Virus record (IMG/VR): IMGVR_UViG_3300027742_000011
Origin: a virus
Reading direction: 5' to 3' (one strand)
Length of the DNA: 64,000 bases
The translations under genes were made by a program, and so were the position numbers. Of this stretch, positions 16,313 to 26,199 are shown piece after piece. The notes beneath the pieces were generated by a model that was not told the origin of the DNA, ran no database searches, and saw only the letters and a list, made by a program, of their open reading frames with translations. Each line of letters starts with the position of its first letter. Position 1 is the stretch's first letter.

Positions 16313-18389
16313 CTGTTATCATTGAATCCTTATCTGTTCCTATTATATTTATAATACTGTGAATTTTTGGATTCAGTTTATGTGGTTTTATAGATGATAT
16401 TTTTTTTGTGTTTACGTTCCGTGCTATAATACTATGATCTTCTGTGACAACAACAGACTTCCCGTCATTGTTCGTAATCCTAAACATCCTCTTTTTTACT
16501 TTATGTTTCATAACATAATTAATACTTTTTGTTTCTAATTTTCCTTCCTTAGAAACTGAAGGCGTAGTGTCATTTTCACACAATTTAACATAATTGTGAT
16601 TAAATTTATCGCACTTTAAGAAAATGTCTTCTTTGAGATTATAATAATCTTCAATTGTCATATCTACACCGTTTACATTTATAACAGACTCACCAACGAC
16701 TGAATCCGTATCAGACGCGATCACATAATCAGCGTTTTCAGTACCAAGAAGTTTGTTGAAATATTCATTCAAGCGGTCTGCAATCCATCTAATTGAAAGC
16801 TGGCCAGACATTGTAATAGCTTCAGCATGATTAATATCATACCAACGGAAATACCTGTTGCCGAGAGCACCATAAGCTGAGTTGAGCTGAATCTTTTTAG
16901 CCATTTGAAGATTATTGAGCTTAGATATTATTTTCTCTAATTCCCACCTCTCTTTCTTATCAGAAGTGATCTGAAGCTTCTGTTGAGCGCTGATCATTTG
17001 CTTCTTGTAGACTTTACGATCATTATACATTTTCTGCATAAGAGCTGCAAGAAAACCTTGTTCGCTCTTGTCGTAAAAGCACCCATTGGCGCAATATGAA
17101 TATTGGTCGTCTAGGTTCACCTTTCTTTCTAAAAGATCATCAATCGACGGGAACCCTGACATCTTACCTCTGAATTTCTCAGGTGAGATATTATATTGCA
17201 TGATAAGGTGTGGATATAGTGAATTCAAGTCAAATGATATCACCCACTTGTGTAGACCGGTTTGAGGTGCCTTAACATAACCACCAACTAGTGGAGCATT
17301 AAATCCTGGTTCATTTTTCATTGGGATCACGTAACCCTGATCCATCAGATAATTGTGGATCATGATGTCCCATTGACGAACTGAAGCTAAAGTATCTTGA
17401 TAGTTTACTTTCGCGTCATACGCTAGAGCAAAAACTAGATCAATGAGTTTAAGTTTTTCTTCTAATTTGAAAACCAAATCGACATCGTGAATATTGTAGG
17501 CTACGTACTTTTGAGGATCTTTTGCATACAAGTCATCAAGGTTGCCATATTCAGAATAATCAATCTTCTTTTCACCAAGCTCCTCTTGACATATGAAGTC
17601 AAGTCTATAACTTTCACGTGGTGTATATATGAATTTCTTATAAAGCTGCATGTAATCTAATACAGCGATACCTTCAATTCTAAATGAAGGGCAAGGTTTA
17701 CCTTTGATATAAACTTCATACTGGTTCAATTTGCCCCAAGGGCTAAGTTCTTTAGCGAATTTCTCACCAAGAACACGAATAATTCTATTCACTAAATATG
17801 GAATATCATAAAATTCACAGTTCCAACCCGTAATTACATCGGGATCGAGATACTTCCAGATTTCTATAATCTTGATTAGCATCTCTCTTTCACTTTTACA
17901 ACGATAGTAAACTACGTTTTCATTAGTTTCTTCAAAGTCTTTCACACCAAACACGTAACGCATATTACCTTTTCTTAAGGTAACACAAGTGATTTCATTT
18001 GGTACTGTTGTAACTGAGGTTGCGATGTCCACTCTTCGAGTCATCGCGTTTTCGATATCTATACCTACAACCGAGATATTCTCAGGTTCATAGTTTATAG
18101 TGCCTTGGAAATTATCATAGATAAACGCATACTGAAAGGTTGAAAGACCGTAGATGGAGAAACCGCCCACATCTTCATATTGTTTAATAAATTGCCGTGC
18201 ATCGTACATCGTGTTGAAATTTTTCTTTTCAACATACTTACCATCAAGCGTTTTGAATTGTGTTTCTGTTGAAGCTGGTACGAATAAGTATGGGGAATAT
18301 GAATAGATTTCTTTATGGGGTTTTCCTGCCTTTACACCTTTAGCATATATTCTTCCCTTGTTAAGGAAGATGTTTGTGTAAAAATCCAT
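16287..18389 (-). CDS. gp43: gp43 family B DNA polymerase N-terminal fragment plus N-intein
   Basis: Exo DIE, FDIPY-like (YDIPY), YNIHDV; SFDLNSLYP; KIQLNSAYG; ASDTD|S. Confidence 0.95.
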   Translation of the reverse strand: MDFYTNIFLNKGRIYAKGVKAGKPHKEIYSYSPYLFVPASTETQFKTLDGKYVEKKNFNTMYDARQFIKQYEDVGGFSIYGLSTFQYAFIYDNFQGTINYEPENISVVGIDIENAMTRRVDIATSVTTVPNEITCVTLRKGNMRYVFGVKDFEETNENVVYYRCKSEREMLIKIIEIWKYLDPDVITGWNCEFYDIPYLVNRIIRVLGEKFAKELSPWGKLNQYEVYIKGKPCPSFRIEGIAVLDYMQLYKKFIYTPRESYRLDFICQEELGEKKIDYSEYGNLDDLYAKDPQKYVAYNIHDVDLVFKLEEKLKLIDLVFALAYDAKVNYQDTLASVRQWDIMIHNYLMDQGYVIPMKNEPGFNAPLVGGYVKAPQTGLHKWVISFDLNSLYPHLIMQYNISPEKFRGKMSGFPSIDDLLERKVNLDDQYSYCANGCFYDKSEQGFLAALMQKMYNDRKVYKKQMISAQQKLQITSDKKERWELEKIISKLNNLQMAKKIQLNSAYGALGNRYFRWYDINHAEAITMSGQLSIRWIADRLNEYFNKLLGTENADYVIASDTDSVVGESVINVNGVDMTIEDYYNLKEDIFLKCDKFNHNYVKLCENDTTPSVSKEGKLETKSINYVMKHKVKKRMFRITNNDGKSVVVTEDHSIIARNVNTKKISSIKPHKLNPKIHSIINIIGTDKDSMITDEENNKKI

Positions 18390-18456
18390 GAATGTTCCTC
18401 AATAATAAATAATCTAGTATAATATATATACGCCAAACTCAACATTGGAGAAGTAA

Positions 18457-18999
18457 ATGGCTGTTAATTTTCGTAAGCATAGTGATGTTTTTGACAAATC
18501 ACTCGCTGTAATCTTGTATCACGAAGGTGGATATGTTAACCATCCTAAAGATCCAGGTGGCGCAACCAATATGGGTGTCACAAAAAGGGTCTATGAAAAG
18601 TGGATCGGAAAGAAGGTAAAAGATCTTGACATGAGTCTAATCACTCAGAAAGATGTTACCCCAATCTATAAGAAAAACTATTGGGACAAGATTAAAGGTG
18701 ACAAACTTCCCGCAGGTCTAAGCCTTGCAGTTTTTGATTTTGCTGTAAATGCTGGTGTTAGTCGCGCATCTAAATATCTTCAACAATTAGTTGGAGTAAA
18801 GCAAGATGGCGCAATCGGACGTAAAACTCTTAAAGCAGTAGATGAATATGTAAGCACATATTCAAAAAATGTTGCGGTTAAGAAGTATTCACAATTGAGA
18901 CTCAATTTCTACAAGCGCCTAAAAACATTCCCTACATTTGGTAGAGGATGGTTAAGAAGAGTTGATAGTGTAGAACAGTCGGCTTTAAAGATACTCTAA
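18457..18999 (+). CDS. Endolysin, glycoside hydrolase family 108 with peptidoglycan-binding domain
   Basis: HEGGYVNHPKDPGGATNMGVT, FDFAVNAG, FGRGWLRR. Confidence 0.9.
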   Translation: MAVNFRKHSDVFDKSLAVILYHEGGYVNHPKDPGGATNMGVTKRVYEKWIGKKVKDLDMSLITQKDVTPIYKKNYWDKIKGDKLPAGLSLAVFDFAVNAGVSRASKYLQQLVGVKQDGAIGRKTLKAVDEYVSTYSKNVAVKKYSQLRLNFYKRLKTFPTFGRGWLRRVDSVEQSALKIL

Positions 19000-19032
19000 T
19001 CAGAAGGGGGAGTTTTAACTCTCCCCTTCTGA
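19000..19032. terminator. Hairpin between convergent endolysin and hsp20 (likely bidirectional terminator)
   Basis: TCAGAAGGGG...CCCCTTCTGA. Confidence 0.65.
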
Positions 19033-19037
19033 ATATC

Positions 19038-19472
19038 TTATTTAATTTTTACTTTCTTCTTTTTGTCTTTCTTCTTAATATAATTAAGAGAAACAATCAG
19101 AAGACCGTTTTCAAAATTCGCTTGAATAGATTCATGATCGATATTGTCATTTAGACGGAATTTTTTGGCGAATGCTCTTTTAGCAATTCCTTTATGGACA
19201 TAGTTGGTTTCAGTATCCGGTTCAGATTTATTAGCCTTAACCACAAGCATGTCCCCATCAATTTCTACGTTGACTTCGTCTTTAGTAAATCCTGCTACAG
19301 CAATCTCGACAGAGATACCATTCTCAGTTTTAACGACGTTATGAGGTGGGTATGTTTCGAAATTGCCTTGTGATAAAAACTTATCAAAGTTCTTAAACAA
19401 TACATCTGCACCTAGAAGTACTTTATCCATACTATCGATGTTTTTCTCAAAATCTTTAAAATTAAATGCCAT
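19038..19472 (-). CDS. hsp20: Small heat-shock protein (Hsp20/IbpA family)
   Basis: YPPHNV, EIAVAGF, HKGIAKRAF, FENGLL. Confidence 0.93.
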   Translation of the reverse strand: MAFNFKDFEKNIDSMDKVLLGADVLFKNFDKFLSQGNFETYPPHNVVKTENGISVEIAVAGFTKDEVNVEIDGDMLVVKANKSEPDTETNYVHKGIAKRAFAKKFRLNDNIDHESIQANFENGLLIVSLNYIKKKDKKKKVKIK

Positions 19473-19539
19473 TTAATTCTCCTATTAAGCAAGTTTGGTG
19501 GCTGAGAGTCCAATTATGCAACTCTCAGCCATATTTATG
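19473..19539 (-). promoter_or_regulatory. hsp20 leader: CATAAATA late-like box, 11-bp hairpin and ROSE-like SD hairpin
   Basis: TGGCTGAGAGT...ACTCTCAGCCA, then CTTGCT-TAAT-AGGAG. Confidence 0.55.
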
Positions 19540-19546
19540 ACGATTA

Positions 19547-20344
19547 TTAGCATTCGAAAATCCTTTGATCGTCAAAATCCGGATTTTCGCCATTGTAGCC
19601 ACGGGGGTTACAAATGATTCGAGTTCCACCTATACTATAGTCATTAGATGAATGCACGTGACCATGTGTCCACATTTTAATTTGTGGGCGCGCTTCGATA
19701 AAATCAAATAACTCTGAACAAAAGCCGCCATTCATGTAAATTTGATCTTTAAATCGAGGCGTAACACTTAGTCGAGAAGGAGCATGATGGGTACAGACCA
19801 CAACATTCTCTTCACCTGCACTCTCTTTATCGATGAAACTTAAACTATCACGATGTTCCATAAATGTATCGTAAGGATTCAATTTACGATATGCACCTTG
19901 TCTATGTCTAGTAATGATTTTGTAATCGTTCATACCAGAGTTTATTGTAGAATATGTGATTGGGCAGTCTTTATTCACATCTGTCCACAGACATGTACCT
20001 ATAAACTTAATGTTATCAATTACAATAGATTGCTTTTCAAGAAGGTGAATGTTCCTATACGGAGCTACTTCTTTGCGAATGATTTTTAATGTGTCTTCAA
20101 ATCTTCCGTGGTAATGCTCATGGTTACCAATAACATAAATCACATCTTTCCAGTTCTGACTACAATGCTGTAAGAAATTTCTGAAGTGATTAGCGACACT
20201 ATAATATGGGCTATTTACATTGCGCTTAAAATATTCCGCAACTAAGATATCCCCAGACAAAATAAGAAGATCCGAGCGAGCATTAGTTGGTCTATAAGTG
20301 TGTTCAAATTCTAAATGTAAATCACTAACTAATTGTATCTTCAT
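19547..20344 (-). CDS. Calcineurin-like metallophosphoesterase
   Basis: SDLH, GDI, GNHEHY, THHAPS, GHVH. Confidence 0.9.
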   Translation of the reverse strand: MKIQLVSDLHLEFEHTYRPTNARSDLLILSGDILVAEYFKRNVNSPYYSVANHFRNFLQHCSQNWKDVIYVIGNHEHYHGRFEDTLKIIRKEVAPYRNIHLLEKQSIVIDNIKFIGTCLWTDVNKDCPITYSTINSGMNDYKIITRHRQGAYRKLNPYDTFMEHRDSLSFIDKESAGEENVVVCTHHAPSRLSVTPRFKDQIYMNGGFCSELFDFIEARPQIKMWTHGHVHSSNDYSIGGTRIICNPRGYNGENPDFDDQRIFEC

Positions 20345-20588
20345 AAATCAAATTATTCCTTATCCAGTTTCTCGTGCGGTAGACCCTGTTACCATTTTTA
20401 GAGAGCTGATAATACTTATCATTTTTACTAATTCCAATATGTTTGTAAGTGAATCTATTACCATTGTAAACGGTAAGACGTTTCATCACACCTTGGATTT
20501 TGATAGAGTATAATCGCCCCTCTTCAAGGTTCCAAAAATATCCCGGCAGGCCTTCAACTGCTGCGTATTTTTCATGAAAATTAATCAT
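20325..20588 (-). CDS. Hypothetical protein
   Basis: 87-aa coupled ORF. Confidence 0.55.
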   Translation of the reverse strand: MINFHEKYAAVEGLPGYFWNLEEGRLYSIKIQGVMKRLTVYNGNRFTYKHIGISKNDKYYQLSKNGNRVYRTRNWIRNNLIYEDTIS

Positions 20589-20818
20589 AGTTCAACCCAT
20601 CTAATAGTATGTTTAAATCCGGCTTGTGTCATAGCTGACCAATATATGTATAACAGCCCATGTGAGTGAGCACTACCCATGTGGACAGTATCTCTAATAG
20701 CATAGGGAACCCAATCTGTAACATATTGTGTAAGAGCATCATCTAAAGATTTCGCAGATGAGCTTACAATCGTACCTTTAGGACAGATGATGATATGGAT
20801 TTCGATTTCTTCACTCAT
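20585..20818 (-). CDS. Hypothetical protein
   Basis: 77-aa coupled ORF. Confidence 0.55.
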   Translation of the reverse strand: MSEEIEIHIIICPKGTIVSSSAKSLDDALTQYVTDWVPYAIRDTVHMGSAHSHGLLYIYWSAMTQAGFKHTIRWVEL

Positions 20819-21014
20819 CGATTGCCACCAAATCTGCTAGAGCACACGTATAGAATTGTGATGCTCCGTCTTCGATGACACATACGTGCGGAATACCTGT
20901 ATCCAGAGTGTCGTCGCTATCAAGACCATACGTATAACCATTATACATTTTCACAACAGTTCCAGCTTTCAAGCCGCTTGCCTGATCTTCATTTACAGTA
21001 TATTTAGTGTTCAT
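20811..21014 (-). CDS. Hypothetical protein
   Basis: 67-aa coupled ORF. Confidence 0.55.
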   Translation of the reverse strand: MNTKYTVNEDQASGLKAGTVVKMYNGYTYGLDSDDTLDTGIPHVCVIEDGASQFYTCALADLVAIDE

Positions 21015-21691
21015 GGTACCAATACATCCTTTGCGTTAGTGTGGCATAGTTTAATGCGTTCATTTCGCATGTCTTCAGTAGATTTCCCAAGCTTCTTTTC
21101 ATTTTCAGAGCTAACGCGAATGCCCCAACCGTTTTTGTGAAGATCACCACCCATACACGTGTTAAACAGCGCTTGATATCGCTTCTCTTCAGGAGCAAGA
21201 GTTTCTACGGTTTTAGTTTTAATAACGGTTTTGGTTACTATTTGCGGCGTCATATCTATAAAATCTAACGCTTTAGCATCACAATATTCGTGTTGGCCGG
21301 CAAGCGGATCAACCTTATGATCATCAAACGCGTACAATGAAACTGATTCCTTACATTTAGCATATGCGTCGCCATATTTGGCCGCAATAGTTTGTACGAC
21401 TGGGACTTTAACTCTGACAGTTTTGTAGTCCGGAGGAGGAACTGACGATAAGACGGCATACACTATCCACATAATCCCGACTCCTTGTGCTGCTGCCCAC
21501 ATACGCCATGTGGGATTACTGTACTCGAGAGAGCCGTATTTGGGGGTAGTACTCCCATGATCGCGCTGAACCCACGAGATAACACCGACAACGGCACAAA
21601 CTACCGTCGCAAGTATGAATGGCACAAATAAAGTATCTGCTATGCCATTCGCAAAATGTCCAATCCAACTAATCATATCAATTCCATTCAT
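21011..21691 (-). CDS. Membrane protein with Cys-containing soluble domain
   Basis: Two N-terminal hydrophobic segments, 226 aa. Confidence 0.65.
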   Translation of the reverse strand: MNGIDMISWIGHFANGIADTLFVPFILATVVCAVVGVISWVQRDHGSTTPKYGSLEYSNPTWRMWAAAQGVGIMWIVYAVLSSVPPPDYKTVRVKVPVVQTIAAKYGDAYAKCKESVSLYAFDDHKVDPLAGQHEYCDAKALDFIDMTPQIVTKTVIKTKTVETLAPEEKRYQALFNTCMGGDLHKNGWGIRVSSENEKKLGKSTEDMRNERIKLCHTNAKDVLVP

Positions 21692-21699
21692 ATAAGTGT

Positions 21700-22308
21700 T
21701 TAATCGGGGCCAGAGTTATTACCCCACGGGTCTTCGTTAGGCGCGTATTTGTATTTTTCAAACTGAGCAGTAATCTTCTTTTCCAGTTCATCGAAATGAA
21801 CTGGGCGATAGTCCTGTTGCTCAACACAAACACTCATATAACGAGGATCGATCTTATCATTCAACATCACACGATTGCCATGTAGATGACCGTGAACATT
21901 TACACGAAAGCGCGCAATTGAATCCGGGTGAATTGGGATATGGGTCATGACCCAGCGAGCTTTACCGCCAGACATGGTCACATTAACTCCACGCAAAGCT
22001 TCAAAGCCAGCTGCATAATAATCTTTATTCTTAAATGGGTCATGATTACCCATGATCAAGATTTTACGACCATTAAGACGTTCAAGTGTTTTAAGATTTT
22101 TTCGAGCAATGACAACATCACCCAAGTGATATACGGTATCATGCGGTTTTACAACTTCATTCCAACGTTCAACCATTGTATTATCCATCTCTTCGTTTGA
22201 AGTAAATGGTCGCAATGGCGTGCCATCGGGGTTCTTGAATTTTGCCCAAGAATTAGCATGTCCGAAATGAGTATCGGAAATTACAAATCTGTTTACATAT
22301 TTAGTCAT
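21700..22308 (-). CDS. Short metallophosphoesterase
   Basis: SDTHFGH, LGD, GNHD, THIP, HGHLH. Confidence 0.9.
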   Translation of the reverse strand: MTKYVNRFVISDTHFGHANSWAKFKNPDGTPLRPFTSNEEMDNTMVERWNEVVKPHDTVYHLGDVVIARKNLKTLERLNGRKILIMGNHDPFKNKDYYAAGFEALRGVNVTMSGGKARWVMTHIPIHPDSIARFRVNVHGHLHGNRVMLNDKIDPRYMSVCVEQQDYRPVHFDELEKKITAQFEKYKYAPNEDPWGNNSGPD

Positions 22309-22549
22309 ATCGAATCGTTTTTCCTTTGAACCAACCCTCGCAAACAGTTCCTTTTACTGCTGCGCCTGTCGCCGTTTTTGCTCGAAAGCCGGTTTTAAAT
22401 GCGTCATCTTCGCTACACGAGAAGAATTCATATCCAGTAATCTCAATGTCAGTGTGACCTTGAATTTCGAGCAATTTACTAGCGCTCTCATCACGGGTGC
22501 AGGCGGCGATTGAAGCGGTCATTGCTACAAGTAAAATCACTTTCTTCAT
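22301..22549 (-). CDS. Putative lipoprotein
   Basis: Signal peptide with IAA|C lipobox. Confidence 0.65.
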   Translation of the reverse strand: MKKVILLVAMTASIAACTRDESASKLLEIQGHTDIEITGYEFFSCSEDDAFKTGFRAKTATGAAVKGTVCEGWFKGKTIRYD

Positions 22550-22562
22550 ATTATTTTCCTTT

Positions 22563-22748
22563 TCAATCTTCTAAAATTTCTACAGCATCGCAATTAAACC
22601 AGGTTCGGCCATCATCAGTCATTGTAGGAAGTTGATCATGATCAGGATCGTAGCCTTCACATACTTCTAAAATTTTATCGTGGAATTCTTCATACCAAAA
22701 ATGACCTTTGCCTGGAATGATTCGAAACTTTGTACCAACACCAATCAT
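22563..22748 (-). CDS. Hypothetical protein
   Basis: 61-aa ORF. Confidence 0.5.
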   Translation of the reverse strand: MIGVGTKFRIIPGKGHFWYEEFHDKILEVCEGYDPDHDQLPTMTDDGRTWFNCDAVEILED

Positions 22749-22924
22749 GTTACAGCCTTTACAATTTTGTTTTCAGAGTTAAGAACATAACCCTTAATAT
22801 CAAAAACACGGGTCATTAGAGACTCATATACTTTTTCAAAAGTCGGCTGGCCATCCTTCAAACCAAACACAACGTCTTCAATTTCCATTAGGGCGAGTAA
22901 CGCGTCATCACGATCTATCATCAT
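22745..22924 (-). CDS. Hypothetical early protein (59 aa)
   Basis: Manual translation MMIDRDDALLALME...; AAGGAG SD directly after an early promoter. Confidence 0.6.
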   Translation of the reverse strand: MMIDRDDALLALMEIEDVVFGLKDGQPTFEKVYESLMTRVFDIKGYVLNSENKIVKAVT

Positions 22925-22945
22925 ATCTGCTCCTTTGTTATTATT

Positions 22946-22974
22946 ATAATATCAAATCTGAGCAAAAATGTCAA
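22946..22974 (-). promoter_or_regulatory. Sigma70-type early promoter
   Basis: TTGACA-17-TATTAT. Confidence 0.75.
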
Positions 22975-22992
22975 CCAAATCCGCGATTTATT

Positions 22993-23199
22993 TTACACGG
23001 GACCAATTTCTGCGCAAACGCGGTCAAAAATCCATTGATGTGGATCACCCGTGCGCGCTTTTGCTGTACCATATGGCATCTCGCCTGAGCTTAAATAATA
23101 TTCAAAAGCATATGGGTAAAATTCAGGATTATTATACACCATATATTCAGCATTTTCCAAAGTTATATTAAACTTCACGATTGGGCACTCATTATTCAT
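22993..23199 (-). CDS. Hypothetical protein
   Basis: GEMPYGTAKARTGDP motif; coupled to the ligase stop. Confidence 0.6.
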   Translation of the reverse strand: MNNECPIVKFNITLENAEYMVYNNPEFYPYAFEYYLSSGEMPYGTAKARTGDPHQWIFDRVCAEIGPV

Positions 23200-24331
23200 A
23201 ATCACGCACAATCTTAAATTTTGGGAAGCGGGGTTTACCAGCTGGTGTATAGTTTTGAAACATTACAGTTCCAGGTTTGCCGATAAATTCTTCTTTATTT
23301 TCAAGAAGCTTTTGGCAATATTCAAATGTCCCATTCGGCATTGCTGTAAAAGTTTGACCATCTGGAAGTTTGCATATTACTCTGCTCGCGATACCGGCAC
23401 GATTGCCTTCTCCTTCAGTAATATCAAGGATTTCAAATTCTTCATCTTGGAATTCTTTCCATTTCAGAAGCTCTTTCGAACGTTTGTTAAGATACAACAT
23501 ATCAACAAGGCGGATCATTGCACCTTCATACCCGTCTTCGATAAATGATGATGCAATTTCGGCAACTTTATCTACATCAAATTCGATGAGTAGAGTATCG
23601 ACCAATTCTACACAATCGGTATTTTCAAAATTATCATAGTAAATGAACTTGAAACAAGCTTGTCGCGCACTAAATCCAGCCGGCTTTCCAATATCGGCGT
23701 CAAAGATATAAAATTTAAGCTTTTCCTTAGATTCGGCTAAGTCTTCTGTAGTTGGTTTCTTTTTATTAATAAGCGACGTCAACTTATCGAAATTGTCACG
23801 GAAGGTGTGATTGTAAAGCTCGCCGTCCAAGGTCAGATCGGGATACTCTTCAAAAATAAACTGAACTGCTTCAAAAATGTGAGGAGATGAAAGGATTTCT
23901 TTACCAGAACGATAAAACATTCCTTTACTATTAATGATACAACGAATCCCATCCAATTTTGGTTGAATGTAAACTAGAGATACACCGGCTTTAAGAAGAA
24001 ACTTTAAGCGATCTTGCCATTTCGAGGCGAGCATAGGTTTAAAATGTCTAACACGATCTACGTCATCTCGACTCTTCCAATAATCGCGTTCGAGCCTATG
24101 TTCATATAGCGACTCAATTTCTGATGCGGCCTGTTCTTCAGGTGTAGTTTCGTTTGCTTTACCAACGTTTTTACCTACAGCAGTAGTCCATTTTGAAACA
24201 ACTTTCTTTCCATCTTCCTGACCAGATGTTGTTCTAAATTCAGAGCCTTGCTGCTCGGCAAACCAAATTTGTATTTTACCTGCTGAAGTACGCTTATAAA
24301 GAGTGTCACTTTTAATATTCATCGTACCCAT
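23192..24331 (-). CDS. ATP-dependent DNA ligase
   Basis: QPKLDGIRC, LDGELY, EGAMIR, LLKWK, PRFPKF. Confidence 0.93.
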   Translation of the reverse strand: MGTMNIKSDTLYKRTSAGKIQIWFAEQQGSEFRTTSGQEDGKKVVSKWTTAVGKNVGKANETTPEEQAASEIESLYEHRLERDYWKSRDDVDRVRHFKPMLASKWQDRLKFLLKAGVSLVYIQPKLDGIRCIINSKGMFYRSGKEILSSPHIFEAVQFIFEEYPDLTLDGELYNHTFRDNFDKLTSLINKKKPTTEDLAESKEKLKFYIFDADIGKPAGFSARQACFKFIYYDNFENTDCVELVDTLLIEFDVDKVAEIASSFIEDGYEGAMIRLVDMLYLNKRSKELLKWKEFQDEEFEILDITEGEGNRAGIASRVICKLPDGQTFTAMPNGTFEYCQKLLENKEEFIGKPGTVMFQNYTPAGKPRFPKFKIVRDYE

Positions 24332-24549
24332 GTCTTTCTATTCGAATATTGCACGATATCTACATCCGTTCCAAAACCTTCGTCAATAATTACCCATTCT
24401 ACCACCTCATGTTCGATACACAATTTTCCCCACCAAGTCTTACCGACCCGCTTATTCTCAGTAACCTCATATTCGATGGCAACTACATCAGTGTCAGTTA
24501 GATCGCCTACGAATGGTTTTTCAGACGTTTTCATCATCGCACTCCGCAA
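24319..24549 (-). CDS. Hypothetical protein
   Basis: 76-aa ORF. Confidence 0.45.
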   Translation of the reverse strand: MRSAMMKTSEKPFVGDLTDTDVVAIEYEVTENKRVGKTWWGKLCIEHEVVEWVIIDEGFGTDVDIVQYSNRKTWVR

Positions 24550-24742
24550 ATACCACAGTTAAACCAATTGCAAGAAGCTTCTTCATAGCAAGCATCCAAA
24601 AATAAATCCAGCCGCTAAAGAAAGAGGAAACAGCCAAATGCCATGGGAAAACTGAGACATAAATCCATTCCAAAATGCATTTTCAATATTCTTACCAATT
24701 CCTAAAAAATGTTTCTTATATAGCATCATATTATTTTTTCCT

Positions 24743-25777
24743 TTAACCCTGTCGAATAAGATATTTATTAGAAATTACTTTAAAACTAAATTCGCTTTTC
24801 ATATCCTTAAAAACCAATCCTTCACGATATTTAGCATTGATAGACTTACCGTCCGCATAAGCAATAAGCTTATCCATGGTGTCAATACCAAGATTTTCTA
24901 AAGTATCATCTAATCCTATTACAGGAACATGATTAATCTTTTCTAATAGGCCATTACGTTCAAAATATTCAGCGGCTTCATGTGGAAGCATGTAGCGATA
25001 TTCATCAATTAGAAAAATATTGAAAGCGTAGAAGCTAATCGCAGAAAGGCTTTCGATATTACCCTGAACACCAGGACCCATCATTTCGCCCTGAATGGCA
25101 ATGTTGTCTTCACAATGATTTTCCATCCAACCTCTCATACCACTTTCATTAAACAGTTTAACGAAAGCATTACCGACATCATCAATCTTAAGACTTAGAT
25201 TACGAGAACATACACCGACATCGCCGCGATTGTGATACATGGTCATGCTACTACCTTCAAGCTTGACTGTAACTTCATATTGGCGATCTAGATTAGCGAA
25301 AATATCGCTGCCGATATTTTGACAACGTTCTTGATCAGTCTTACGGAGAAATTCAGGAAAGTTACCTCTAATTTTACCAGCAAGCTGGGCAGGAATAATT
25401 GGCTCCCACTTATGAACATCCAATAATTCAGCAAAATCTTGATCTTGATGAAGACCATTAAATTGTTGGGCAGCCTCAGGAAAGCTCGCAATCGGTAGAG
25501 CTAGACCTTGTGATACTTGACCGCGCAATCTAATAGTCTTCAGACGTGCACCATGATGACCTTGCCAACTGATTTTATTATTCATTAGAAATTGGAAACG
25601 ATGATCACTTTCTGGAAGGAAGCTATCGATTTCAAAATAAAGACAATCGTCTCCCTCTTTGAACTCGCCCTTTTTAGATACTACATCCCAGCCACCTACT
25701 CGCACACATTCGATCGCATCTGCATTTTCGATAGGACGAACTCCATCGATTTTTCTAATTGTCGCCATTTTTCTCAT
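24743..25777 (-). CDS. RNA ligase, DRB0094/Rnl2-like, with N-terminal OB-like domain
   Basis: IENADAIE, KTDQER, KLEGSS, QGEMMG, EGLVFK, FKVISNKYL. Confidence 0.9.
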   Translation of the reverse strand: MRKMATIRKIDGVRPIENADAIECVRVGGWDVVSKKGEFKEGDDCLYFEIDSFLPESDHRFQFLMNNKISWQGHHGARLKTIRLRGQVSQGLALPIASFPEAAQQFNGLHQDQDFAELLDVHKWEPIIPAQLAGKIRGNFPEFLRKTDQERCQNIGSDIFANLDRQYEVTVKLEGSSMTMYHNRGDVGVCSRNLSLKIDDVGNAFVKLFNESGMRGWMENHCEDNIAIQGEMMGPGVQGNIESLSAISFYAFNIFLIDEYRYMLPHEAAEYFERNGLLEKINHVPVIGLDDTLENLGIDTMDKLIAYADGKSINAKYREGLVFKDMKSEFSFKVISNKYLIRQG

Positions 25778-25878
25778 GGTGTTTCTTTCTTCTTGTGTAA
25801 TATTTTATTTGATGAAATTCTTATAATCTTTCTTATAACTTTTTGGTTGGAATTGTCAACAATGACTTTCATGAGCCG

Positions 25879-26199
25879 TCATTGATCCAGCTCTACCCCG
25901 TCTATACTATAGCTCTCGCCAGGCGTTCCACACATAGGTTTACCGTTCCTATCTAACCGCGGAATCGTATTACTTTCAAGGGTATTAATAATATAATTGC
26001 AGCGCGTTGCAGGATCTACCCAAATTCGTATAAACTTTACGTTAGATTCTGAGTAAAGACCGCCGTATCCACTGATGGAACTTCCATCAACTGGAACTGG
26101 GTCGCGCCCTTCCGTACAAGCTGCTGTGACTAAGACAAGAGCTGCTACAAGAGTAACTTTAATATTCTTCGAATAGCAATACATCAATAAATCCTTCAT
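25879..26199 (-). CDS. Putative lipoprotein
   Basis: VTAA|C lipobox; DPATRCNY...PMC. Confidence 0.55.
   Translation of the reverse strand: MKDLLMYCYSKNIKVTLVAALVLVTAACTEGRDPVPVDGSSISGYGGLYSESNVKFIRIWVDPATRCNYIINTLESNTIPRLDRNGKPMCGTPGESYSIDGVELDQ

Larger units (their letters stand above)
15139..16703 (-). mobile_element. Split intein in gp43 at DTD|S (N-half 16290-16703, 138 aa; C-half 15139-15264), with an endonuclease gene between
   Basis: SDTD|SVVGESVI...VTEDHSI; CVHN|S. Confidence 0.9.

Noticed and set aside
9153-18389. gp41 and gp43 breaks as sequencing frameshifts or pseudogenes
   Set aside because: Each break is flanked by complete intein blocks, own start signals and, in two cases, whole endonuclease genes.
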